The notes under the pieces were generated by a model that did no database searches, was not told the DNA's origin, and saw only the letters and a list, made by a program, of their open reading frames with translations. A DNA stretch of 64,000 nucleotides from Malacoraja senta (lineage: Eukaryota): the NCBI GenBank assembly GCA_038087875.1, contig JAXLNO010000033.1, positions 1 to 64,000 of the forward strand, in the 5' to 3' direction. This document shows positions 37,371 to 48,615 of this stretch, piece after piece. Within the stretch, counting starts at the first letter, position 1, and the number at the start of each line of letters is the position of its first letter. The position numbers and the translations under genes are program-made.

Positions 37371-38283
37371 TACCAATTACCAATTACCAAGCACTTTATT
37401 TGTCCCCGAGGGGCAATTTAAACAAACAATACATTTAATCTGCACCGACCTTAAGAGCAGTGACCCGGCAATGGATTGGGTTGTCAGCAGCGATACAATA
37501 AAAAAGAACACACAAAAAGTAACACAAACATCCACCACAGCATTCATCACTGTGGTGGAAGGCACAAAAATTTGGCCAGTCCTCCTCCATTTCCCCCCCG
37601 TGGACAGGACCAGAGTCCAAGTCAGTCCAGGATCGGCTCTTCCTCACCGGAGACCGCGGCTTTAGATTGTTGTGGGCCGCAGGCTGGCGGTCAAGATTTA
37701 AGGTTCCCTGCCGCAGCCAGAAGCACCGTAAACTGCAGGGCCGGCGGTCGAAGCTCCCCTCCAGGGGTGATGGTAAGTCCATGCCGGCCCCGCGGTAGAA
37801 GTTGGCCGCGGGCCGGCAATGATGGCTTCTTCTTCTTCCCCCGGGTCCCCCAAGAGGGATCCCGGGCTGTAGACGCCGCACCAGCTGGAGCTTTGCAGAC
37901 CGCGGCTTCAGGCTGCGACTTCAGGCTGCCGGCTGCCCCGGGCCAGCGAAACGGAGCGCTCCCCTCCAGCGAGCCCCAGCGAGGGTTCACCCGCTCCACG
38001 CCGAGAGTCCACGCTGCGCCCGCCGCTGAAGCCCAGGCACGTCTCCGGGAAGGGCCGCGCCGATCCTTGATGTTAGGCCACGGGGGAGGCGACCTGGAAA
38101 AAGTCGCCTCTCCATGGAGGAGGCGACCGAAGCGGTTTCCCCCTTACCCCCCCACACCACCCCCCACACAAGACATACAAAGAAACATTAATTACACATT
38201 TTAAAACATACTAAAAATAAAAAATAAAGTTGAAAAAACTGACGCACTGCTGACATGGCTGCTGCCAGAGCAGCGCCCCCTAC
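37371..38283 (-). mobile_element. GC-rich non-coding retroposon (family X), copy 2
   Basis: TSD atat; AATAAA plus (ttggtaa)n tail; removing it restores hAT DMTYSSVAYF. Confidence 0.8.
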
Positions 38284-39514
38284 ATATGTCATGTCCACTC
38301 GCTTTGCAGTGTTAGCTACTCTGGCATGCTTGAGTACCTCATCCTGCATGAGAAACTTCATGAGAATGTAGTTACAGGAGGCCCAAAATACTCCCTCACA
38401 GAAGAGAAAAACTCTGTTTTCTCTTCATCTCGGAACTGTCCACTGCAGAGAAATGCCCTCACTTTTGTACCCACCATCTGATCTTCATCTGCCTGTTGAT
38501 TCTCACGGTTTTTGTAGTCACACTTGTCCAGCATTGTAGCTTTCAGAAGTACCCCTGGTTTGACAAATCGCAGGAGAATTTGATGAAGTAAATTCTGTAA
38601 GATGTCGAGCAAAACATGAACTTTGGGTGACTCTTCTTGAAGTCCAAATTTACTCTATTGAACAGCGGTATTGTGTCCAGAAAAAATAAGCAGTACAACT
38701 TGTTCCTGTCTTGAGTCAGTGTGGTATGGCTAGAGGCTGCTTTGGACAGGGCAGATGTTTTCACACGCCTTTCAGCCAAAGCTTTCCTTTTCACACCATC
38801 CTTTATACCAGCAAACAGCTGAGGTGTTGCTTTTGCTTGAACATTAACTTTGTCTTTTTACTTCAGTGTGCTTTTTCAGCTCTCTTTAGAAGAGCTAGGA
38901 ATTCGAACCCGAGCAGGAATAGTCTGCTTTTTGAGAACATCACTTTTGTTTGTTGGAGTCGCCTTATATGTACTAACTACATTCCTGCTAGAACAGTCTG
39001 GTCTGCTGCTGTCTGCTGCAGGTACTGTCTTCTTCTTCTACAAACCTGGAGCTCTAGTACTACCAGAGCATGTAGCTGCCACATTGTCAGCACGAAACAT
39101 ATTATGTTTTTCCAAGGAATGCTATACTGCTTCAGTACATCATCTAGCAGTTTGAAGATGTTCTTTCCAGTTGAACTTTCTTTTGTTGTTGCTATTTTCA
39201 GAAGAGCACTGATGACCTGCTTCACATTGTCATCATAATAGCGGACGACAATTAGATACAACTGTTCCATCTGCTCCCCTGTCACTGCTGCCGTCAGTTG
39301 ACGAGGAGAAAGGTTTGTCCTTAATCTTACCAATGATGTTACCTGAAACAAAAATAAAAATGTGTAAGATTAAACTTCCAGCTAAGGCGCTTGTGTAAAA
39401 TCAAACCACACATAGTCTACATCCACTCTAGTATACTTAAAAATACATGCAGTGACATCTCAATATCTAGATAAAAAACTAAAGGACATACCACCCTCTG
39501 CATTTATATTAATT

Positions 39515-39700
39515 GACATCGACATGGGTCCTATACCCAACATATCAAGGCATCTTTAGCATTTTATTTGAAATAAAATGGCATTGGTCATGTACCCTAG
39601 ATGCCATGTATTACTTGAAATAAAGTGACATCGGTCATATACCCTACATGCCATGTATATTATCTAATAAAGTGACATGGGTCATGTTCCCGACATGCCA
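39515..39700. repeat. ~48-bp tandem repeat (about 3 copies) in the hAT intron
   Basis: aataaagtgacat.ggtcat.t.ccc.acatgcc repeated. Confidence 0.7.
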
Positions 39701-41999
39701 GTAAACACAAATAGTGTTCTAAATCCACACAAACTTAAAATTGCACATGTGGGATTACATTGCACAATCACACTCTACAGAATCGCACTAAATTATATAA
39801 ACTAACGTTCGATTTAATTATTATTTAGCCTCACCTTTTGTTTCTTGACCCAAGGTTCTTCCTATGGCTGTAGACTTCGTTCGGCGTGAGGAAAACTTTG
39901 CCGCTATTGCACTGGGGGAACATCTTCAGCACCAAACTGGAAACATCTTAACCAGATCAGTGAGATGATCCAACGCAGCAAAGGGCACATTGTGTTCTAT
40001 TGGAAACTGAGTCATGAGAGTCTCTCCTCTGATTACTTGGTAATCCCTGGGCTGAAAAAAATTGGCAATACAGCCAGAGCTTGACGATGATTCGACAGCA
40101 GACTTGTGTTTCTTCAATTGAATGTGTGCTCGAATGTCATTGGCCCCTCCATGGCCGACCGAAAAGTCACAACAACAAAGCGTGCACCTCGCGCTGAAAC
40201 CATCCCTTGTCGATTGAACAATACAATGCCATCTCTTTGTATGCTGCTGTTTGAACGGCTGCTTCCTGCTTTTAGCTCCAGACGATGATGTAGAAGCCAC
40301 TTTGCATTTTTAATCCCTATTCTTTCTAATCTTGTCACGTCTCATCCCTCGACTCGAAACAGCTTTGCATCCACCACGCCACGTACGTAATGCCGCGCGA
40401 GCACCCATGAAGCCCCGACTCTAGCTCTCGGGCCGATCTCGGTTGTTCCCACCCGCCCACTGCACCTCGGCCGCTACAGCGGTGACTCGTTGTTTGCTCA
40501 AGTATGTAGCTGCTGCGCGCGTCTGCGAACTGTCTGGATACTGGGGGTTACAGCCTTATTTTATTCCCGAACCAAACACTCGATGATTGTCTAATCCAAT
40601 GTTTTGAACAACAAAACATATGTTGTTGTTATTGTTTTTTTTTAGGGTTATCAGTCAAATTACTATTATCACTAAAACATCCATGTAGAATTTCATATTC
40701 TTTCCTTTTCTATTATAAATGTATCTTCAATTCAATTTAAATCTATATACTTTTAAAACTCTGTGTGTGGATATGTTTATTTATTTGTGGGTGTCACATT
40801 TGGCCTTTGATTCCTTGCTCCGCCAAAACCACACGCGAAAACTCCTCGATTTTTTCCATTTCGCTAGACATTACACTTTTACATACCCTAACACACTCCT
40901 TATTAGATTTAGACATTTTTATGTTCACATTTTTAAATAAAATCCACCCCCCCCCACTCATTTTGTCGCCTCCTGCTGGCCAGCCACCATAACGGCTGCT
41001 GCCGCCCAGCTCTGCTCCAAAAACGCAGACATTTTTCTTGTCGCTAGCGATTTTTGCAGCTGCCACCCGGCTCTCCTCCCCTACCCCTCCCCCCCCCCCC
41101 GGCCGGCTCTCTCACGCTGGCTCAAGCGCCCGGCTCTCTTCCAAAAACGCCGACATTTTATTTTTTCGCTTCTGACGCCCGGCTCTCCTCAACTACCCCC
41201 CCCCCGGGCCGGCTCTCTCACGCTGGCTCAAGACCCTGTCACGCCATCAAGACGCTGAAGCACGTTCGGGAACCAGACCCCGGGGTCTGAAGCACGTTCG
41301 GGGTCCAGACTCAACTGCTCTTGGTCTAGTATTAAATAAAATTAAAAAAAATTAGAACTATTATATTAAAAATCCATACTTTATTTTTCTCTTATGAACC
41401 TAAATATCATCTTCCACATTTTCCCATCATTTTCTTTGTAACTTAAACATTTCCAGTTTAACAACAGTATTCTCATTGCACATTGTATTATAACCAATAT
41501 AATGTAGATGATGAATAGTCACGAAGAAAAACACTCACGCACATAATTGTGACAACAAAATTCACTTTATTTTTTATTTGCCATAAAGAGAAAAACAAAG
41601 AAACATGTTACATGAAATAAAAAACAATAAAAAAACACACAATCTACATCGTGTAGCCACTGTGAGCAGTATCAGACTGCGTGGATTTAGGAAGATAAAA
41701 AAACATGTACATTTTCACAGATGGTTTGAAGCACACATGTCGCATGCGCTAGTTCTCAATCTGAGAATGCAATGACAGGGCAAGGGTTACGGGGTCTGGA
41801 TGATCTGACAATTACCTGCGTCATTGAGCTCACTCGCTGGGCTTCCCCACACGATGAACTGGCGCGTTTACTATGGCTTATGATAATCTATGGTCGGATT
41901 TTTTTTTAAATCCGAATTTAAGAACGCAAAATCGTACTTCCGTATTCTTATCAGATTTCCGTACGAAATACGGAAAATACGTACTACTTGGCAGCTCTG

Positions 42000-42216
42000 G
42001 ATGGGCCGGTCTGGAGGCGAGCAAGTTTGCGATCCTTTTGTGGAGTCCACGTAGGAAAGGAAGTGTTTGTTGAGGGCATGGATCTGGCATTGGATAAAGT
42101 GCAGTTGGGGTCCGTTGCAGGTGTGGGTGAGTCAGCGTGAGGGCCTTTGGTGCCGGCGCATCGCAGCCAATGTAGAACGCAGGGCACTGTTGTGAAAAAT
42201 GGCAGATCGGCTGTCG
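42000..42216 (-). mobile_element. Penelope ORF N-terminal fragment (downstream half of the ISL2EU target)
   Basis: DSRSAIFHNSALRSTLAAMRRH...TCNGPQLHFI...KDRKL. Confidence 0.6.
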
Positions 42217-42530
42217 GTTGCAAGTAAGGTCATCCGGTCAAAAGGCGTGACGCAAGGAGCAACTCAATCCATGTGGAGGACATGGCAGCCTACGGCATAC
42301 TCTGTTAATACTCAAAACGTGTAATTTCTTACGTTAGAACTTCCGGTGGCGTCATGTTAGACTAACAGACGTGCACCCAGCTCCTCTCCCGAAAAACTTC
42401 ACGATTTATCGTGTAAAACGGGTCCGAAAATCGGGATTGTTTTTAAAAACCTTACCGGAGCTTCTGGTTACCGCGCTGATGACGTCATCGTTAAACGCGA
42501 TGTTTTAAACGGTGGTTTGAAGCCCTTTAA

Positions 42531-43601
42531 ATGAGTAAATTGACTCCAGCTGTGAGCCCTCAGAGAGCTGTGAATAAACTGTCGAAAAAGTTCGAAACTG
42601 AAGTTACCTCTGAAGTCTCTGAAGTGGCTGCAGAAATGGATACAAGATCTAAGAAAGACTTTGATGACTTGAAGAAATCAATGAATAATTTGAAAGATGA
42701 GATCTCGGATAATAGGGTGGAAGATAAGAAGGAAATGAAGGAAAATTCGGCAAAAATGATGGAAGGAATGCAGAAGATGATGAAGGATTTAAATGCTGGT
42801 AACCAGAAGAATATGACGGATTTACTGGACATTATGAATAAACGAATTGATGAGGTGAAATATGGACTATCAGAGAAAATGGATAAGATGGATGTAATTA
42901 CTACGGATAAGTTCACGGCTGTACTTGAAACAGTAGCTGCAAGTATGCAGACAATTACGGAATTGGAGAAAAATACGGCACGACTGGTTGAAGACATGGC
43001 GAAATTGAGGCAAGAACATGAGCAAATGAGGCGAGAAAACGAACAAGCATCACTACAAATGGGGACTCAATTAGAGAAAGTCTCATTCAAATGCCTGGAC
43101 CAGGAAGCTCGTTCTAGACGCCAGAATTTGAGGATTCTTGGTGTTTCAGAGGGGGCAGAAGGGGAACAGGTACGTGAATTTGCCATGGGCTTGTTGAAAC
43201 AACTGTTGAATCTTCCCAAGGAACCGAAAATTGAAGTGGCTCATCGTGTCCCAAGATTTGGAAAAAGATTTGATGCGGGAAAAGCTTATCCACGACATAT
43301 TATAGTGAAATTTCGAGATACTGCAGAACTGGAATATGTTATGACTAAAATCAAATATGGTGTACAATTACGGCTGGACAAAGACACTATTAAGATATTC
43401 AGGGACTACCCACATGAAATTGTGCAAAAAAGAAATAAATTTGATAAGGTTAAAGATCTTTTAAGAGGGAGAGAAGGGGTCAGATTTGGGTTTTTTTATC
43501 CCGCTAAAATGCGTATTTCTTTTAATGGTCTTGAAAAGTCATTTGTTAAGCCTGAAGACGCTTTCAAATATGCCCAAACGATTGTTGAAAGACAGAAATA
43601 A
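42531..43601 (+). CDS. L1 ORF1p (coiled coil, RRM and CTD), intact, 356 aa
   Basis: Heptad-rich N-terminus; DQEARSRRQNLRILGVSEG, IEVAHRV, IFRDY, FFYPAKMRI. Confidence 0.92.
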   Translation: MSKLTPAVSPQRAVNKLSKKFETEVTSEVSEVAAEMDTRSKKDFDDLKKSMNNLKDEISDNRVEDKKEMKENSAKMMEGMQKMMKDLNAGNQKNMTDLLDIMNKRIDEVKYGLSEKMDKMDVITTDKFTAVLETVAASMQTITELEKNTARLVEDMAKLRQEHEQMRRENEQASLQMGTQLEKVSFKCLDQEARSRRQNLRILGVSEGAEGEQVREFAMGLLKQLLNLPKEPKIEVAHRVPRFGKRFDAGKAYPRHIIVKFRDTAELEYVMTKIKYGVQLRLDKDTIKIFRDYPHEIVQKRNKFDKVKDLLRGREGVRFGFFYPAKMRISFNGLEKSFVKPEDAFKYAQTIVERQK

Positions 43602-44399
43602 AAGGGAGCTTTGGCAGATCCGAATAATTCTCAGCTATGTTTTGTCTGGGGTTAGTTACATTGTTATCTCTGGAATGTTGAAGCAAGGACATTTTCTGTT
43701 CAAAACGTGTAAACAACTTTATAGCGGGACATGAATTAGAAAATAATTGCTTATTGATTAAAATGTTATAACCAACTGTAAGAACTTATCCTATTAACAA
43801 CTTTAAAAGTTATGCAGGTTAGATTAGAATACTAACAAAAAAATAATGAACTAACATACTAATATGAATTTTTAATAAATTGTAACCTTGTCTATAAGCG
43901 GGAGGAGGGGATGAGAAACGAGCTCCTGGCTTATGTCCAGGAGCACGTCTCATTAACCCCTTCAACCAACAGCTGATTCTTATTGAAATCAAAAATATTG
44001 GTTTAATAATTAAACTCTGATATATATATATATGTTATAAGGAAATATCAGGGTAAAATTGTATTATATATATGAATGTGAGGCCTCGTTTTAATATTTT
44101 AATATGTTATGATTAACTAAGAGAGCGGAGCGAGTTGAGCAACAACGCAATGGAAGTCAAAATAAGGTTTTTTCCCACCTACAGGTGGGTCACTCGCTAC
44201 AGTGCCGACTATAGACACTGTAGCCTCACTTTTTTAGTTTTTTTTTTATCACATAAAATCACTTGTTTGTGTTTTGTGTTTAGTGATAAGAATAATATGG
44301 ACATACCAACAAAAGTTAATAATTCAAAAACTCCCCCAATACCTAAAGACCTGGGATATGGACGCACCACAAGATTCAAAGGTACTATAATTATTCAAA

Positions 44400-47300
44400 A
44401 TGCATGACACCACACAAAAGAACCTAGGAGGAGTCTCATTTTGTAGTTGGAATATAAGAGGTATTAATGAACCTATTAAAAGGGGTAAGATATTAGCTCA
44501 GCTAAAAATGTATAATTCTGACATTACCTTCCTACAAGAAACACACCTAAAACCTCAGGACCAAGTTAGGCTGAGGGCGAAATGGATAGGTCAAACATAC
44601 CACTCTTCATTCACTTCAAAATCTAGAGGCACGTCAATTATCATAAGAAAAGGTATACCATTTAAAGCAAAGAATATTATAACAGATATAGAAGGGAGAT
44701 ACCTAATAGTTAATGGAGAAATCCATGACACTCCACTTACTTTGGTAAATATATATGCCCCTAACTTTGATAACCCCCACTTTTTCAATAAAATCTTCAA
44801 TATAATTGCAGAGTCAAACTATCAAAATGTTATAATAGGCGGAGACTTTAACTGTGTTTTAGACCCGTACTTAGATAAATCAAGTCAAAAACAGAGAGGG
44901 AATATGAAATCGAAAACTGGGGAACTCCTCAATACCTACATAAATAACACTAATATAGCAGATGTTTGGAGAATTGTGAATCCAACTGGCAGGGAATATT
45001 CGTTTTACTCAATGGTACATAAGACATACTCACGTATAGACTACTTTCTGCTGGATACAAAATTAATCCCCCAAACATCTAATGCAATATATCATACAAA
45101 TTCAATTTCAGACCATTCTCCACTAACTTTCTTTTTAAAACTGGAAGGATTGTCTAAGAATAATTCATTCTGGAGATTTAACTCTCAAATTTTAAAAGAT
45201 CCACAAGCGAGTATATATTTAAAAGAACAAATGGAGGTCTTTTTTCAAACAAATGATACTTCAGATATATCGCCTACTTTACTTTGGGAATCTTTTAAAG
45301 CATACATTAGGGGTATTATAATTTCATATCAAGCTTTTCAAAATAAAAAGAATAAGAATGAACAAAGACAGTTAGAAGAACTTATTAGACAAATGGATAT
45401 AGATAATGCTAAAGATCCATCAATAGATAAACATAATAAAATAATAATTTTAAAATTTAAATTAAATAAATTATTATCTGCCAAACTTATAAGACTTTTT
45501 CAAATTACAAAACAAGAGCACTTTGAATTTGGGGATAAACCGCATAAACTTTTGGCTCGCCAGCTAAAAAAACGAGAAAAGGAACATACTATACCAAAGA
45601 TCAAATCAGATAAAGGGGAATTATTAACAACACCGAAGGATATTAATAAAAGATTTGCGCAATTTTACGAGAATTTGTATACATCTAAAACGATAATTGA
45701 TTCCAATAATATCACAAAGTTCTTGGATACCTGTAATCTTCCAAAGTTAGAGCTGAAGGAACAAGAGGAACTGGGTGCACAAATCTCAATTAAGGAATTA
45801 GAAGATACAATAAACTCACTAAAAAATGGAAAAACACCAGGCCCTGATGGATTTACTAATGAATTTTATAAAAGCTTTTATGATAAAATAATACCAAGAT
45901 TACAAAAAATGTACCAATACGCTTTTAAAAAACGAATACTACCTGATACATTAGCGGAATCAACGATTACATTAATACCTAAGAAAAATAAGGATTTAGA
46001 AGAACCTGGCTCATATAGAGCTATAGCATTGTTAAACACAGATCAAAAAATATTAGCGAAAACATTAGCCAGAAGATTAAGTAAATACATTAGTAAATTA
46101 ATAAACCCAGATCAGACAGGGTTTATCCCTAAGAGATACTCTTCTAATAATATGAGACGTCTACTCAACATAATGCACTCACACAAATCTGAAGATCAAG
46201 AATTATCAATTATTTCGCTGGATGCTGAAAAAGCATTTGATCAAGTAGAATGGAATTATATGGATAAAGTATTACAAAAATTTCAACTGGGAGAGAATTT
46301 TATTTTATGGATTAAGTTACTATATAACAAACCTACAGCTAGAATACTTACTAATAACATATTATCCTCGAAATTTCAACTATCAAGGGGAAATAGACAA
46401 GGATGCTCATTATCACCACAGCTGTTTGCTCTCATTATTGAACCGCTAGCAGAAAAAATTAGAATACACCCTGATATTCATGGATATAATACTAAAGACT
46501 CATATAATAAAATATCTTTATACACGGATGATATATTATTGTATATTACAAAACCTCAAATCACTATACCAAATATATTAAATTTAATTGAAGACTTCGG
46601 ATCTTTTTCTGGATATAGAATAAATTGGAATAAAAGTGAAATTATGTCAATAAAACCGAAAGATTCAACACATCTTTTAAAATTCCCTTTTAAAATAGCT
46701 ACAGAAAAATTTAAATATTTGGGAATCGAAATTACCAGAGCATATCAAGGTATGCTCAGGGCAAATTTTGACCCCCTACTTAATAAACTGAATACATTAA
46801 TTAAATTCTGGAAAACGCTTCCGATGTCTTTAATAGGCCGAATAAACGCAATAAAAATGATCTTTCTACCACAAATTTTATACCTATTTCAATCAATTCC
46901 TATATACTTACCTAAGAAGTTTTTTAAAAAACTCGACTCAGATATCACTAATTTTATATGGGACTATAAATCACATAGAATACAAAAAACCCATCTGAAT
47001 AAACCTAAAGTATTGGGGGGTCTAGCACTACCCAATTTTATGTATTATTATTGGTCAGTAAATATTAAAAACATGATTCAACTGATGGATAACTCCGCCT
47101 AGCAAGTAGACTGGATTGTAATGGAGAAAGAGGATTGCTCCTCTAGAAACATTGGAGCGATCCTCCTCTCTCCAATGAAATTGAATAACATAAACTATAA
47201 TAAGAACCCAATTATTCATAGTACAATCCGTATTTGGAAACAAATAAAACAAAATTTAAAATTAAGAAACTTATCACTTTTATTACCTATAGTCAATAAC

Positions 47301-48191
47301 CCTTCGTTTAGTCCTTCTATTATAGATAAAGCTTATACACAATGGGATAGACTAGGAATTAAAACGCTTGGTGACTTGTATGAAACTGGAAAATTACTTT
47401 CATTTCAACAATTACAAATAAAATATAAACTCGGAAATAATCAATATTTTAAATACTTTCAAATATGCGACTATTTGAAAAAATATATAAAAGATCATCA
47501 TAATAACCCAGCAGATGTACTGGACGAGGCAATGCAGATAAAAGCGGAATCAGCAAACTTAATATCATATTTGTACAATATTATCTTAAATGCACAAATA
47601 CCATCTACGGAGGGTATCAGAAGAGACTGGGAACAAGAGTTAGCTATTAAAATTTCAAAGGAAAGTTGGAATGAATACTTATTAAAAGTGCATAAATGCT
47701 CGATTAATGTAAGACACACTTTAATACAATTTAAAATTTTACATAGATTATATTATTCGAAAACTAAAATTCATAAAATTTTCCCAAACGTATCATCTAT
47801 TTGTGATAAATGTCAATCCCAAGAAGCAACTATAGCGCACTCATTTGTCTTCTGTACAAAAATTCAAAAATTTTGGAATGAAATTTTTGAAATCCTTACA
47901 AAGTTATTTAAAACAAGACTGATACCCAAAGCAGAATGGATTATCTTTGGAATAACGGAAGATGATCCAGAACTAAATGTGTTTCAAAAGAAATTAATGG
48001 ATTATGGGTTAATAACTGGAAAAAAGCTAATTCTAAAATTTTGGAAGAAGGCTCCAATACCAACTATAAATATGTGGATTTCAAATATGTTTGAAACATT
48101 ACACCTTGAAGAGATAAGACTCCTCCTAGCAGGTAAACCAGATCACTTCCACCTGACGTGGTCTGCATTTATAGAATTATTACAAACATAG
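44400..48191 (+). pseudogene. L1 ORF2 (APE-RT-CCHC) with a single in-frame TAG at 47100-47102
   Basis: SWNIRG, GGDFN, SDH, DAEKAFD, RQGCSLSP, YTDD, CDKC...HSFVFC; ORFs 44400-47102 and 47121-48191 are in the same frame. Confidence 0.93.
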
Positions 48192-48615
48192 GGTGCAAAA
48201 GTACTTTAAAAAAATAAAAAATTGAGGTCGGGTAAGGGGGGATGATAGTTGAAGAGTTGGTATGTCCTATTTACGTGATGCTCAAAAAAAAAAACATCTG
48301 TTTTTCTTTTTTTCTCTTTCTCTTTTCTTTTCTTAGGGCCTATTTCTTAACTCTTTTTCTTTTTGTGTTTAATTTCGCTCTTATAGGGTCTTCGTCCTTT
48401 TTTGTTGTTACATTTTCTACACTTTTCTACACTTGCACTTTTTCCTTCACTTTCTTCTCTCTTTCAATCTTTCCTTTCTCTAGTGTAAAAAAATAAATAA
48501 AGGGAGTACATTAATTGTAAGAAGATATAAATGACGAGTATTAATGTATGTGGTTGTAATGTAATGTACTTCTAATAAATAAAAATTAAAAAAAAAAAAA
48601 AAAAGAACTGCCAAA

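Larger units (their letters stand above)
36250..41999 (-). mobile_element. hAT (Tip100-like) DNA transposon #1 with decayed spliced transposase
   Basis: Perfect 14-bp TIRs cagagctgccaagt/acttggcagctctg; Zn finger CTLC..FSVGHGG..D...H...KKH; PFS.STDGSSD; hATC WTQISS...YPHLSK...EHIFS; intron about 39344-39835. Confidence 0.9.
42342..48603 (+). mobile_element. Full-length L1-clade LINE
   Basis: 5'UTR, ORF1, ~800-nt spacer, ORF2, AATAAA and poly(A); TSD agaact at 42336-42341 and 48604-48609. Confidence 0.95.

Noticed and set aside
37476..38204. 242-aa and overlapping GC-rich ORFs (also 15604-16149 and 6197-6815)
   Set aside because: Stop-poor GC-rich repeats open in several frames, with no domain motifs.
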